From Lepidodermella squamata (taxonomy: Eukaryota; Animalia; Gastrotricha): a DNA stretch of 64,000 nt. Location: assembly GCA_047495785.1 (NCBI GenBank), contig JBLDXI010000003.1:3472001-3536000 (forward strand), read 5' to 3'. The position numbers were made by a program, and so were the translations under genes. Position 1 is the stretch's first letter. The number at the start of each line of letters is the position of its first letter. The notes beneath the pieces are model-generated. The model did not search any database. It was not told the DNA's origin and was given only the letters and a program-made list of their open reading frames with translations. Of the stretch, positions 63,802 through 64,000 are shown piece by piece.

Positions 63802-64000
63802 ATGGCTGATGGTGGTGAAAACGGCGATGAACTATGCTACGACGAGACACAGGCTGATCCTCAGCAAAGCATCAACTCAATTCCAAGTTCCAATGATGAT
63901 GACTCAAGCTCTGAAATCTGCATCGATGAAAGCCAATCTGCCTCAGCCTCGGCCGAGTTCGATCATGCTGAGTACGAATCGATCGAAGCTTCGTCACGGC
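63802..64000 (+). CDS. Possible 5' end of an unidentified gene with an acidic N-terminus (runs off window)
   Basis: tttcag acceptor-like site, then ATG and an open acidic frame MADGGENGDELCYDETQADPQQSINSIPSSNDDDSSSEIC... to the window end. No family recognised. Confidence 0.45.
   Translation, partial: MADGGENGDELCYDETQADPQQSINSIPSSNDDDSSSEICIDESQSASASAEFDHAEYESIEASSR

Noticed and set aside
1-64000. Assignment to a specific animal group or to named cement/silk proteins
   Set aside because: No diagnostic marker can be evaluated without a search. GTPBP1 would be the best query for placement.

Overview
Eukaryotic, intron-containing DNA from a compact-genome animal. Introns are AT-rich GT-AG, mostly 50-65 nt; the taxon cannot be identified from sequence alone. 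Bases 1-42 kb and 52.5-55.1 kb hold a dense cluster of 12 genes for extremely Lys/Arg/His/Ser-rich low-complexity proteins. The 11 whose 5' ends lie in the window all begin with a tiny signal-peptide exon and a phase-1 intron. They fall into five groups. Family A has 3 copies. Family B has 4 copies, one with an in-frame TAG. Family D has 3 genes sharing a ~35-aa 'FSxSLSDxSDIxRAxxxF' repeat, including a hand-built 20-exon, ~2565-aa giant with 16 symmetric phase-2 exons. Protein E is an acidic/mucin-like/basic block protein. Protein C is a silk-like ASASVNKNSASASAG/Gly-Arg-His block copolymer that the ORF track misses. Three unrelated members share a CACGTG-TTGCGCAACA-TATA-ATCATCAATC promoter cassette. 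My inference is that this is a co-regulated locus for a secreted biomaterial (glue, silk, tube or egg capsule). The rest of the window holds a short spectraplakin-like gene, three CCP/sushi genes, GTPBP1, a C-type lectin membrane protein, a partial gene, two TA-flanked MITE families and MULE transposase remnants. All gene models were spliced by hand and have no transcript support.
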